From the IMG/VR virus record IMGVR_UViG_3300032327_000128, positions 1-60,601 of that record: a stretch of 60,601 nucleotides of DNA; one strand, given 5' to 3'. This document shows positions 9,851 through 17,265 of this stretch, in pieces. The number at the start of each line of letters is the position of its first letter. Position 1 is the first letter of the stretch. The position numbers and the translations under genes were made by a program. Below the pieces are notes generated by a model. That model had not been told where the DNA came from and ran no database searches. It saw nothing but the letters and a program-made list of their open reading frames with translations. The stretch is from a virus (Duplodnaviria > Caudoviricetes).

Positions 9851-10204
9851 TTAATCTTTATGCGTCCAACCACTACGCTGGTAGGTCTTCTTCCTATGGC
9901 AGTTGGCGCAGCGCACTTCGCACTTGGCGATTTCGGCTTTTAGCTTCTTGATCCCGACGCCATCACGGGCAGCGTCGGATATGTTAAACTTTTTATCCTT
10001 GATGTGGTCGAACTCTAAGATGATCGGGTCTGCCTCCCCGCAATCCACGCAGGGATTAGTCTTAAGGTAGTTGTTTATAAATGCCCTTGTGCGGTTCCGT
10101 GCGACTTTGCTGTACTCTTTGGCCTTGGCAATAACCCTATCACGATGCTTCGCGTAATGCCTACGGCTCGCTTCCCTACGCTTTTCTATATCCGAAAAAG
10201 GCAT
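9851..10204 (-). CDS. HNH endonuclease
   Basis: CVDC...EFDH...CANCHR zinc/HNH motifs. Confidence 0.85.
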   Translation of the reverse strand: MPFSDIEKRREASRRHYAKHRDRVIAKAKEYSKVARNRTRAFINNYLKTNPCVDCGEADPIILEFDHIKDKKFNISDAARDGVGIKKLKAEIAKCEVRCANCHRKKTYQRSGWTHKD

Positions 10205-10318
10205 GGTTGGGGCCTATACCACCATAATGGCAGATTTATGAAGGGAAAAGGGGTGGTGAAAGAAAGGAGAAAACACCACCCCTCCCAGAAAGGAAATGCG
10301 CTGACTAGGCGCGGGGGA

Positions 10319-10346
10319 ATAATACCATGGGGGTTTTGTGTGTCAA
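10319..10346 (-). promoter_or_regulatory. Sigma70-like promoter, leftward
   Basis: Minus strand TTGACA-N16-TATTAT with TGn extension. Confidence 0.55.
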
Positions 10347-10606
10347 GGTACCATTGACGGGGGGTGTTTCCTACGTGCGGGCCAGATGGATATCGGCCAG
10401 AAAAAATAGGGGGTGGGGGGTTGTGGTTTCGAATCCCTAAGGGGGGCCTTCCCTATGTCGAATGACAGGGTTTTTTAAAAACGCAAAACTGAATGTGCAA
10501 AATAGTATGTATACAGGCGCGCCACCACATAGGCCTATTTAGGGGGGTCGGGGGACGGTGGGAGCGCCGAATAATGCCCTTTCTGCCCCCTCCCCCCACT
10601 TTTTGT

Positions 10607-10634
10607 TTGACAAATAGATTAAATTGTAAGACAA
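10607..10634 (+). promoter_or_regulatory. Early promoter block 1
   Basis: TTGACA followed by GATTAAATTGTAAGACAA, an 18-mer repeated exactly at 11608-11625. Confidence 0.5.
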
Positions 10635-10676
10635 CAAGGACGTCAACAACGACACAACACACACAAGGAATTAAAC

Positions 10677-10895
10677 ATGAGCATGATGTTTCTAGCTAAC
10701 GTAGCACGCACGACATCGGAGAAGAGCGTCAACTTCTACACGCCATACGAACATGTCGTCGTGGATTATCCCAGCAAGGCGCAGCCTAACTACATGGTCT
10801 GGTCATACGACCACAGCGATGTCGCAGTAGCTAAGGACTTCGCCAAGGCGATGGATACCGCAGCCCGCTGGCTCAAGCTAGCCGAACCAGCCTAA
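10677..10895 (+). CDS. Early hypothetical protein (cassette 1)
   Basis: 72 aa, AAGGA RBS; ends in the 61-bp repeat. Confidence 0.7.
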   Translation: MSMMFLANVARTTSEKSVNFYTPYEHVVVDYPSKAQPNYMVWSYDHSDVAVAKDFAKAMDTAARWLKLAEPA

Positions 10896-10944
10896 CCCAA
10901 CGGGGGAGCGCAAGCTCCCCCAACCTAACCGGAGAATGAATATG
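10884..10944 (+). repeat. 61-bp direct repeat, copy 1 (stop + GNRA hairpin + RBS + start)
   Basis: Identical to 11143-11203. Confidence 0.95.
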
Positions 10945-11154
10945 CTTATCGCAAACGACAACGATGATACCTGCTACATACTGTTCTTTGATAACGAGGA
11001 TGACAACGCCACAGCAACGCACATCGAAGGCCCGTTCCCCTCATTCAAGGCCGCAGTTGATTACGGCATAACAGCATTCAACTGGGCGAAAGAGAACGGA
11101 GTTGGTTGGGTTGCAACTGAAATCGTATCAGCCTCAGAGTTTGAACCAGCCTAA
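10936..11154 (+). CDS. Early acidic hypothetical protein (cassette 2)
   Basis: 72 aa, flanked by the two 61-bp repeats. Confidence 0.7.
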   Translation: MNMLIANDNDDTCYILFFDNEDDNATATHIEGPFPSFKAAVDYGITAFNWAKENGVGWVATEIVSASEFEPA

Positions 11155-11203
11155 CCCAACGGGGGAGCGCAAGCTCCCCCAACCTAACCGGAGAATGAAT
11201 ATG
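11143..11203 (+). repeat. 61-bp direct repeat, copy 2
   Basis: Identical to 10884-10944. Confidence 0.95.
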
Positions 11204-11467
11204 TTACATCGCATTCAAGTAGCCTTCACCCACAGCGATGGGGCAGCACGCTACGGCCTCGACGTCTACGGCCACACAGTCCACGACCTCAACGCCCTGA
11301 TATGGCCGCTCATACTACACTGGAGACGCCAGCTTAAGAAGTACCCAGATGCAGAGGTTAGCCTGAGGTACAAGGACTTAGGCATAGGATGCCGCCTCAA
11401 GTACATCAAGGCAGACCAGATACACAGATGGATGATGGAGAGGATAAACCACAGAGCAGCAGCCTAA
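11195..11467 (+). CDS. Early hypothetical protein (cassette 3)
   Basis: Start MNMLHR supplied by the repeat's RBS; followed by a variant hairpin at 11476-11495. Confidence 0.65.
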   Translation: MNMLHRIQVAFTHSDGAARYGLDVYGHTVHDLNALIWPLILHWRRQLKKYPDAEVSLRYKDLGIGCRLKYIKADQIHRWMMERINHRAAA

Positions 11468-11597
11468 GGCGAGACGGGGAGGCGAGAGCCTCCCCCAACG
11501 TCCACCGCTGCGTGATAGTAATTCCCTGCGGACAGCCACTTGCTATGCGTAGCGGACAGCTCAAAACGTCTAACAAGGTTAGAAAACACGATTTTTC

Positions 11598-11625
11598 TTG
11601 ACTTTATGATTAAATTGTAAGACAA
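11598..11625 (+). promoter_or_regulatory. Early promoter block 2
   Basis: TTGACT followed by the shared 18-mer GATTAAATTGTAAGACAA and a CA-rich leader like block 1. Confidence 0.5.
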
Positions 11626-11675
11626 AGAAGGGGTCAGCGGGACACCCCGACGACACTCACACACAAAGAAGGAAA

Positions 11676-12185
11676 ATGAGTATTATGGTTACTAAAGTAA
11701 AAGCACAGGCCACGCCTGTATCGAAGGCCCGCGCTGCTTATATGGCGTCGACCGCTTCCACCTACGGCGCGCTCCGCAAGTATTCGGAGACGTTGACCGC
11801 CACCCTTGGCGAGAAGTGGTGGCTGACCCCGATGAAGGGGCCGCTCACCGGCAACTTGGCTGCGCTGCGGGAGGCAATCCGCAAGGAGAAGGCGGAAGTC
11901 AAGTTGCTGGCCGAGAAGAAGCAGAAGGTCAACCCGAAGTATAACATTTACAAGCCGTGGTCCGACGTTCTGGCCTATGTTGACGAAACCAAATCGAAGA
12001 AGGGTGCAGGTGCAAACGTGGCCCGCGAGATTCGGGAGCGCATCAAGGTTGAAGTGTCCAAGGTTTACAAGGCCGTCAAGGAACACGATGACGCGGACCT
12101 CGAGGATTTGGCGGATTGCAACTTCCACCTCGGCGCGGCGCTCAAGGCAATCGGTGTCGACCTCACCGAGATGAACAGCAAGTAA
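11676..12185 (+). CDS. Basic alpha-helical early protein
   Basis: 169 aa, Lys/Ala-rich, AAGGA RBS, followed by a double terminator. Confidence 0.75.
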   Translation: MSIMVTKVKAQATPVSKARAAYMASTASTYGALRKYSETLTATLGEKWWLTPMKGPLTGNLAALREAIRKEKAEVKLLAEKKQKVNPKYNIYKPWSDVLAYVDETKSKKGAGANVAREIRERIKVEVSKVYKAVKEHDDADLEDLADCNFHLGAALKAIGVDLTEMNSK

Positions 12186-12191
12186 AACGGG

Positions 12192-12252
12192 AGGGGGGCG
12201 CAAGCCCCCCTTTTTTGTCCGCAATCCTGCCCGCCTTTGGCGGGCTTTTTTT
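12192..12252 (+). terminator. Tandem rho-independent terminators
   Basis: GGGGGGC-GCAA-GCCCCCC-T6 and GCCCGCC-TTT-GGCGGGC-T7. Confidence 0.85.
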
Positions 12253-12356
12253 GTGTCCGGTCCGGCCATATCCCGTTCGCCTTGCACCTAGCTGAGCAGG
12301 CCTAAGAAAGTTAGGGGTCGTCGTGATAGTAAATTCGTGCGGACAGCCCCTCGCGT

Positions 12357-12815
12357 AGTAAGCGTAGCGGACCTAATGTAAGATTAATTCTGTTAATCTA
12401 CACAGTATACTTTGATGAACGACATTGTCTAACTTAGTTAGAGGTCATCATGACAGTAGGTTCGGGCGGACAGCCACCGCCTGCGTAAGAAAAGTTTGCT
12501 TTGTAAGAAAAACAGCCGCTTTGTAAGAATTACACCCACGCATTTCTGCGCTTTGTAAGGGTTGTAAGGTTTGTAAGGCATTTTTCTTACGAGTCTGAGA
12601 GAAGGAGCCTCCTCGCTTATGCGTAGGCAATGTCAGGAAATCCCTTATATATATATTTTTTTAACTTACTTTCTTACACTACAACCGATTTTCTTCCGGA
12701 GACTCGCAGGCTTCCGCCATTTTCTTTTGTAAGTTTTATGCTCCTCGTTTTCTTACAAATGGCCCTTTTTCCTTACATTACCCAACTTCTCTTACGCACC
12801 TAACTTTCTTACACC
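12357..12815. repeat. Iteron-like GTAAG/CTTAC array around an AT-rich core (candidate origin)
   Basis: About 16 pentamers in non-coding DNA, mostly GTAAG on the left and CTTAC on the right; TATATATATATTTTTTTAA near 12645-12664. Confidence 0.6.
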
Positions 12816-12839
12816 TCACCACCCCTGTGGCCACATCGT

Positions 12840-12868
12840 TTGACTTGAGCAGACTTTTGTGCTACATT
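12840..12868 (+). promoter_or_regulatory. Sigma70-like early promoter
   Basis: TTGACT-N17-TACATT with TGn; same architecture as the promoter at 15808. Confidence 0.7.
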
Positions 12869-12948
12869 AAAAAGAAAAAAGTGCGGGTAAGGCTTCAAGC
12901 CCATCCGCACCAAGTGACCAGACCTAACAAAGTTAGAAAGAGCAGACT

Positions 12949-13101
12949 ATGACATTCACGAACGACGACCTCATAAACTTACTACTCACTGCCAAGGAAG
13001 CACTTGAACTTGGCATAGCCGAGCAGCCCCGTGAATTTGACCACGTTGTTTTGCACCGCATCAATACTGTGATTCGCAGTCTGAAGGAGCAAGCAGCATG
13101 A
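12949..13101 (+). CDS. Small hypothetical protein (50 aa)
   Basis: MTFTNDDLINLLL...; stop overlaps the next ATG (ATGA). Confidence 0.6.
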   Translation: MTFTNDDLINLLLTAKEALELGIAEQPREFDHVVLHRINTVIRSLKEQAA

Positions 13102-13289
13102 AATGTGATTGCGGAACCCGCATCAATCCGAAACGCGTAGCCCTTGGCTACCAAACCTGTCCTGTGTGTGGGGACTTGGAGGCGAGGAAGGTAGTGCGGT
13201 GCGTAGCACCTCTTAACAAAAGCAACTACGTCCTCGTCTCCAACTTCACAGACCTCAAGCAGCTCAACCCCAAATACAACAACGCCTAA
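13098..13289 (+). CDS. Small zinc-finger protein
   Basis: CDCG...CPVC; APLNKSNY. Confidence 0.7.
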   Translation: MKCDCGTRINPKRVALGYQTCPVCGDLEARKVVRCVAPLNKSNYVLVSNFTDLKQLNPKYNNA

Positions 13290-13311
13290 CAAAGTGAGAA
13301 GGAAACGCAGT

Positions 13312-13521
13312 ATGGATTGGCAACCAATAGAAACAGCACCGAAGGACGGGACACACATCCTGCTATTCATCGAAGACCAAGCAGTCGAAGGATGGTGGGG
13401 CGAATGGAGTAACTGGAAAACAGCATTACTCTCAAGCCACGGCTGCGGCTGCTGCGCAGACGACAACGAAGAACCAACCCATTGGGCGGTGTTAGACACA
13501 CCGAAGAAGGAGCAAGCATAA
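13312..13521 (+). CDS. DUF551-like phage protein
   Basis: WQPIETAPKDG...PTHW motif. Confidence 0.75.
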   Translation: MDWQPIETAPKDGTHILLFIEDQAVEGWWGEWSNWKTALLSSHGCGCCADDNEEPTHWAVLDTPKKEQA

Positions 13522-13700
13522 TGAAATACGTTTACAAAGCAGCCCTACGGTTGTCCTACCTTATATCCGACCTAGCCGAGTTCATCGCGCAGCCCATTGC
13601 CGATTGCCTGTGGGACTTGGGTGGCAGCATCGAATACTGGGCACATGAAAAGCTAACTAAGTTAGAAGCCCACGACCTGCCAGAGCAGGAGCAACGCTAA
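13521..13700 (+). CDS. Hypothetical protein
   Basis: MKYVYK start with AGGAG RBS; coupled to neighbours. Confidence 0.6.
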   Translation: MKYVYKAALRLSYLISDLAEFIAQPIADCLWDLGGSIEYWAHEKLTKLEAHDLPEQEQR

Positions 13701-14110
13701 TGGGCTACCGTTCAGACGTTAAGATTGTGTTCTACCTAACCGAGGGGACAATCGACACACCACCCACCAAAGACAACCCGCTCATCTCGTTCCCCATGCT
13801 CAAGCTGTGGTTCGAGGAGACTTACCCAGTCGCAGAGGCCAAGGAGGATTGGGAGGCCAAGATTGAGTATGGCGACGACTACATCATGGTCAACTACTAC
13901 GATGTGAAGTGGTATCCAAGCTACGAACATCCAGCGTCCATCGAGCGTGTCTTCGAGTTATTCAGCGCAGCGTTCAGCAGTGACGGGCGCAACCATCGTG
14001 CGCAATACGAAATGGTGCGTATCGGTGAGGAAGACCCTGACATCGAGAGGGAGAGCAGCGCCTATGCCGACCACCGCATCAGCGTCGAGCGCGGCATGAT
14101 ATTTGAATGA
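13700..14110 (+). CDS. Conserved phage hypothetical protein
   Basis: MGYRSDV...DVKWY...RIGEE motifs. Confidence 0.7.
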   Translation: MGYRSDVKIVFYLTEGTIDTPPTKDNPLISFPMLKLWFEETYPVAEAKEDWEAKIEYGDDYIMVNYYDVKWYPSYEHPASIERVFELFSAAFSSDGRNHRAQYEMVRIGEEDPDIERESSAYADHRISVERGMIFE

Positions 14111-14120
14111 GGATAAGGAG

Positions 14121-14267
14121 ATGAACGAATACGATAACAACTACCCACCATGCGTCCATTGCGGCGAGGGATGTGACCCAATGGCGGCAACGCCGATACA
14201 GTGGCAGTGCAATGACTGCGGGCTGTGGAACGATAAACCAGAAGAACCAACTACCCAACAGACCTAA
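14121..14267 (+). CDS. Small zinc-ribbon protein (48 aa)
   Basis: CVHC...CNDC; not in the ORF track. Confidence 0.55.
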   Translation: MNEYDNNYPPCVHCGEGCDPMAATPIQWQCNDCGLWNDKPEEPTTQQT

Positions 14268-14283
14268 CAAAGTGAGATATAAA

Positions 14284-14547
14284 ATGGCTATAGACCTAAC
14301 CAAGAAGCAAGACATCAAGCTAAGCACCAAGCTACAAGCAGCCTTACTGCTACGCAAGTATGACCAGTTACGTAAGCAACTGCGCGAGACCGAGCATGAA
14401 CTAGGCAAGGCCGTGACGGAATACGCCAGAGAGACTGGCCGCTGGGCACTATCAAAAGACCACTTCCGCAGCGAACTTGAGCGCGAAGAAAACACCCGCC
14501 TCGAACAAGCAGCCGAGCGCAATGACTGGGAGAAGGCACATGCCTAG
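14284..14547 (+). CDS. Coiled-coil hypothetical protein
   Basis: Likely start MAIDLTKK. Confidence 0.6.
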   Translation: MAIDLTKKQDIKLSTKLQAALLLRKYDQLRKQLRETEHELGKAVTEYARETGRWALSKDHFRSELEREENTRLEQAAERNDWEKAHA

Positions 14548-14635
14548 CATCATACACGCAGCCGCAGAAATACTGTTCATATCCGGCGGCATCTTTGCCG
14601 CTTGGGCAGTCCACGCAATCATCAAGGAGAAGTAA
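14540..14635 (+). CDS. Small single-TM peptide (31 aa)
   Basis: MPSIIHAAAEILFISGGIFAAWAVHAIIKEK, GGAG RBS. Confidence 0.45.
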   Translation: MPSIIHAAAEILFISGGIFAAWAVHAIIKEK

Positions 14636-14636
14636 A

Positions 14637-14783
14637 GTGAGCAAGCTAACCAAAGACCGCAACTACTACCGTATGTTGACGGATACAGAACTGGTCGCCC
14701 TGACTAGGGACAGCAGCAAGATAACCGAACTTGAGAAAGTGCTGGCCGAGCGCCTCAAATCCGCACTTGGACTTCGCGTCTAA
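14637..14783 (+). CDS. Small hypothetical protein
   Basis: GTG start after AGGAG; YRMLTDTELV...LAERL. Confidence 0.55.
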   Translation: MSKLTKDRNYYRMLTDTELVALTRDSSKITELEKVLAERLKSALGLRV

Positions 14784-14828
14784 CCGAGCAGAACAAACAG
14801 ACCTAACAAAGTTAGAAGGAAACAGATT

Positions 14829-15779
14829 ATGTCATGGAACAATTCATATCGCACATGGGGCTTCCCAACGATGAGCACCTACGACCAAGCGGCGTATCAC
14901 GAAGCGCAGGTCAAGCCCATCAGGGGCGACAAGAACGGCACGAAGCCGCTGGGTGACCGCAAGAAGAAGTATATCAACATCCGCAAGGAGGAGGGAACTT
15001 CCGACATCATCTGCCGTATCGGCAGCACAGACGTAGTGCGCTACAGGCCCAATGGGGATGTTGTAGTAAACATAGGCGGCTACACATCAGCGACAACAAA
15101 TGATTTCCTTGGGCAGTTGCTTCACATGGACGTGCGCACCTTCGACAGCAAGTCATGGGTCAAGTGCTTCTACCAGAGCAGCCCGATGGAGAAAGCCGTG
15201 AGCGGCGAGTTTGTGCTACCGAACGACACGGACTCTGTATTCCGCATGGACGCAATCACGCGCCAGTGGGTGACGCTCGACGTAATCCCTGCCTACACGC
15301 ACAAGGTAAACCGTGAGAAGTCTAACTTAGTTAGGAAGTCTTACACAACCTTCACGCGCTACCTACGCAATATGGTCAAGCTGCGCACCGAGATAACCGA
15401 GAAGCGGCACTGGACGGGCGACATCGTGGTCGAGCGGGTTGTTACTATCAGCAACGAGGAATTGGCAAACTTGGGCATCAAGACAGGCTACCGAGAACGC
15501 CTATCGTTCAAACCGCACAGCAACGGCTTAGCGCAGAACGTGCGGGGCATGATGATAAGTGATGACCCAGAGCAACACTACCAAGCCTTTGTGCAAATCA
15601 TACATGGCGCATCCGGCTACAGCTACATGCCGCAAAGGGGTATCGCAGTATACGCAGACGCAATCGGGGATTTCTACAACAAGCTACTGTTGTTCATACA
15701 CAAGAACGATGTGCTGGAGAAAACGGTAAGCACAAGCGATTCAGCTAAGCGCGACCCATACGGTGCATGGTTCAAGTGA
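14829..15779 (+). CDS. Early hypothetical protein (316 aa)
   Basis: Long ORF with AAGGA RBS. Confidence 0.75.
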   Translation: MSWNNSYRTWGFPTMSTYDQAAYHEAQVKPIRGDKNGTKPLGDRKKKYINIRKEEGTSDIICRIGSTDVVRYRPNGDVVVNIGGYTSATTNDFLGQLLHMDVRTFDSKSWVKCFYQSSPMEKAVSGEFVLPNDTDSVFRMDAITRQWVTLDVIPAYTHKVNREKSNLVRKSYTTFTRYLRNMVKLRTEITEKRHWTGDIVVERVVTISNEELANLGIKTGYRERLSFKPHSNGLAQNVRGMMISDDPEQHYQAFVQIIHGASGYSYMPQRGIAVYADAIGDFYNKLLLFIHKNDVLEKTVSTSDSAKRDPYGAWFK

Positions 15780-15807
15780 AGAGCCACCACAGGCCCGACC
15801 ACATCGG

Positions 15808-15836
15808 TTGACTTGGCCAGTATATTGTGCTATAAA
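15808..15836 (+). promoter_or_regulatory. Sigma70-like early promoter
   Basis: TTGACT-N17-TATAAA with TGn; preceded by CCACATCG and followed by an A-tract, as at 12840. Confidence 0.7.
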
Positions 15837-15870
15837 TAAAAGAAAAAACAGCGGAAAACCGCCAACTTAA

Positions 15871-15905
15871 ACCTAACCAACCTAACCAACCTAACCAAAC
15901 CTAAC
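15871..15905 (+). repeat. Tandem CCTAACCAA repeats (palindrome half-sites)
   Basis: (cctaaccaa)x3 running into the full palindrome at 15901. Confidence 0.8.
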
Positions 15906-15931
15906 AAAGTTAGAAACACGGAGCAGTTATT

Positions 15932-16999
15932 ATGTCTATTGATTTTGGTTCAAACATCAGCCTCGACGAAGCAGCCAGCCTCATCGTCTCCATCCCCGAC
16001 AACATCTTCCTACTCGAAGGTGAACCCGGCATCGGTAAGTCCTCCATCATGAAGGCGCTCAAGGCCAAGCTGGGTGATGGCTATGCCTATGCTTACTTTG
16101 ACTGTGCGCAGAAAGACCTTGGCGACATTGCCATGCCAGCCCCAAACCGCGAGTTACGGGTAACAGAGTATTTCCCCAACGCAGCCCTCCAGTTGCAGAC
16201 GGGCAAGCCAGTGGTCATCATGCTCGACGAGTTTGCCAAGGCTCCGCCACCTGTGCAGAACATGCTTCACCCGTTGCTCGAAGAACACAATCGCCGCTTG
16301 GGTGACGTTGCCTTGACCGATGGTTCCATCGTGTTCCTCACATCGAACCTATCAACCGATGGCGTGGGCGATGTCATCAAGGGGCATACTCTCAACCGCG
16401 TGACCAAGGTGCGCGTGGCCAAACCAGACAGCGACCAGTGGCTTGGCTGGGCGGTGAACAACAACATCGACCCTGTTGTCATGGCGTGGGTAAAGCAGTT
16501 CCCGCAAGCACTGTCGTCATACACCGAGGGTGGGCAGGGTGATAACCCATACATCTACAATCCCAAGGCTATGCAGAAGTCCTACGTCTCGCCCCGTTCT
16601 TTGTCGCGCAGTTCTAACATTGTTAGCAAGCGGGAGCATATCTCATCCAATGCTCTTACTGCTGCTCTGTCAGGCACAATCGGGGAAGCGGCAGCTCGTG
16701 ATATGCAAGCCTTCATCGCCTACCAAGACCAGCTACCGACATGGGACAGCATCATAGCCAGCCCTAAGTCTGCTGCGCTACCCACATCGGCTGGGGCATG
16801 TGCGGTGCTTATCTTCGGTGCAATCGCCAAGGTGACTAAGGAAACCATGACCCCGCTCATGGCGTATCTCGAACGGTTCGAACCAGAGTGGCAAGCGACC
16901 TTTGCTATCAACATCGCCAAGAACCCAAGCAAGCAGAGCATTGCCTTCACCTCATCGGCCTTTGGTAACTGGATGCAGGAAAACGAAGACCTGCTGTGA
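15932..16999 (+). CDS. AAA+ ATPase (MoxR/AAA_5-like)
   Basis: GEPGIGKS Walker A, MLDE Walker B, TSN, SPRS. Confidence 0.9.
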   Translation: MSIDFGSNISLDEAASLIVSIPDNIFLLEGEPGIGKSSIMKALKAKLGDGYAYAYFDCAQKDLGDIAMPAPNRELRVTEYFPNAALQLQTGKPVVIMLDEFAKAPPPVQNMLHPLLEEHNRRLGDVALTDGSIVFLTSNLSTDGVGDVIKGHTLNRVTKVRVAKPDSDQWLGWAVNNNIDPVVMAWVKQFPQALSSYTEGGQGDNPYIYNPKAMQKSYVSPRSLSRSSNIVSKREHISSNALTAALSGTIGEAAARDMQAFIAYQDQLPTWDSIIASPKSAALPTSAGACAVLIFGAIAKVTKETMTPLMAYLERFEPEWQATFAINIAKNPSKQSIAFTSSAFGNWMQENEDLL

Positions 17000-17265
17000 G
17001 TATCGACATACTCGCAGTGAAGCCGTGGGGGAGAGCATCCGGTAACGATGCCTCCCTCAAGCGATACTCAGTTTACTACAAGCGGGAAGGACGTATGTGG
17101 CGCAGCCTCATCGACGCAATCGACGAGATAGCTGCGTGGCGTAAGTTCCATGACGTAGTGGACCACCATACCAACCAAAACCTAACTACTTGTCTATCAG
17201 AGCAGGAGCAAGAATATCATGGATTTACAGAAAGCAGAGCGCAAGCTGAAGAAGGTCAAGATTGA
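16996..17265 (+). CDS. Hypothetical protein
   Basis: 89 aa between the AAA and VWA genes, GTGA coupling. Confidence 0.5.
   Translation: MSIDILAVKPWGRASGNDASLKRYSVYYKREGRMWRSLIDAIDEIAAWRKFHDVVDHHTNQNLTTCLSEQEQEYHGFTESRAQAEEGQD

Noticed and set aside
10884-11203. 61-bp repeats as a CRISPR array or integron attC sites
   Set aside because: Only two copies with a 198-bp coding interval; no cas or integrase gene and no attC core boxes recognised
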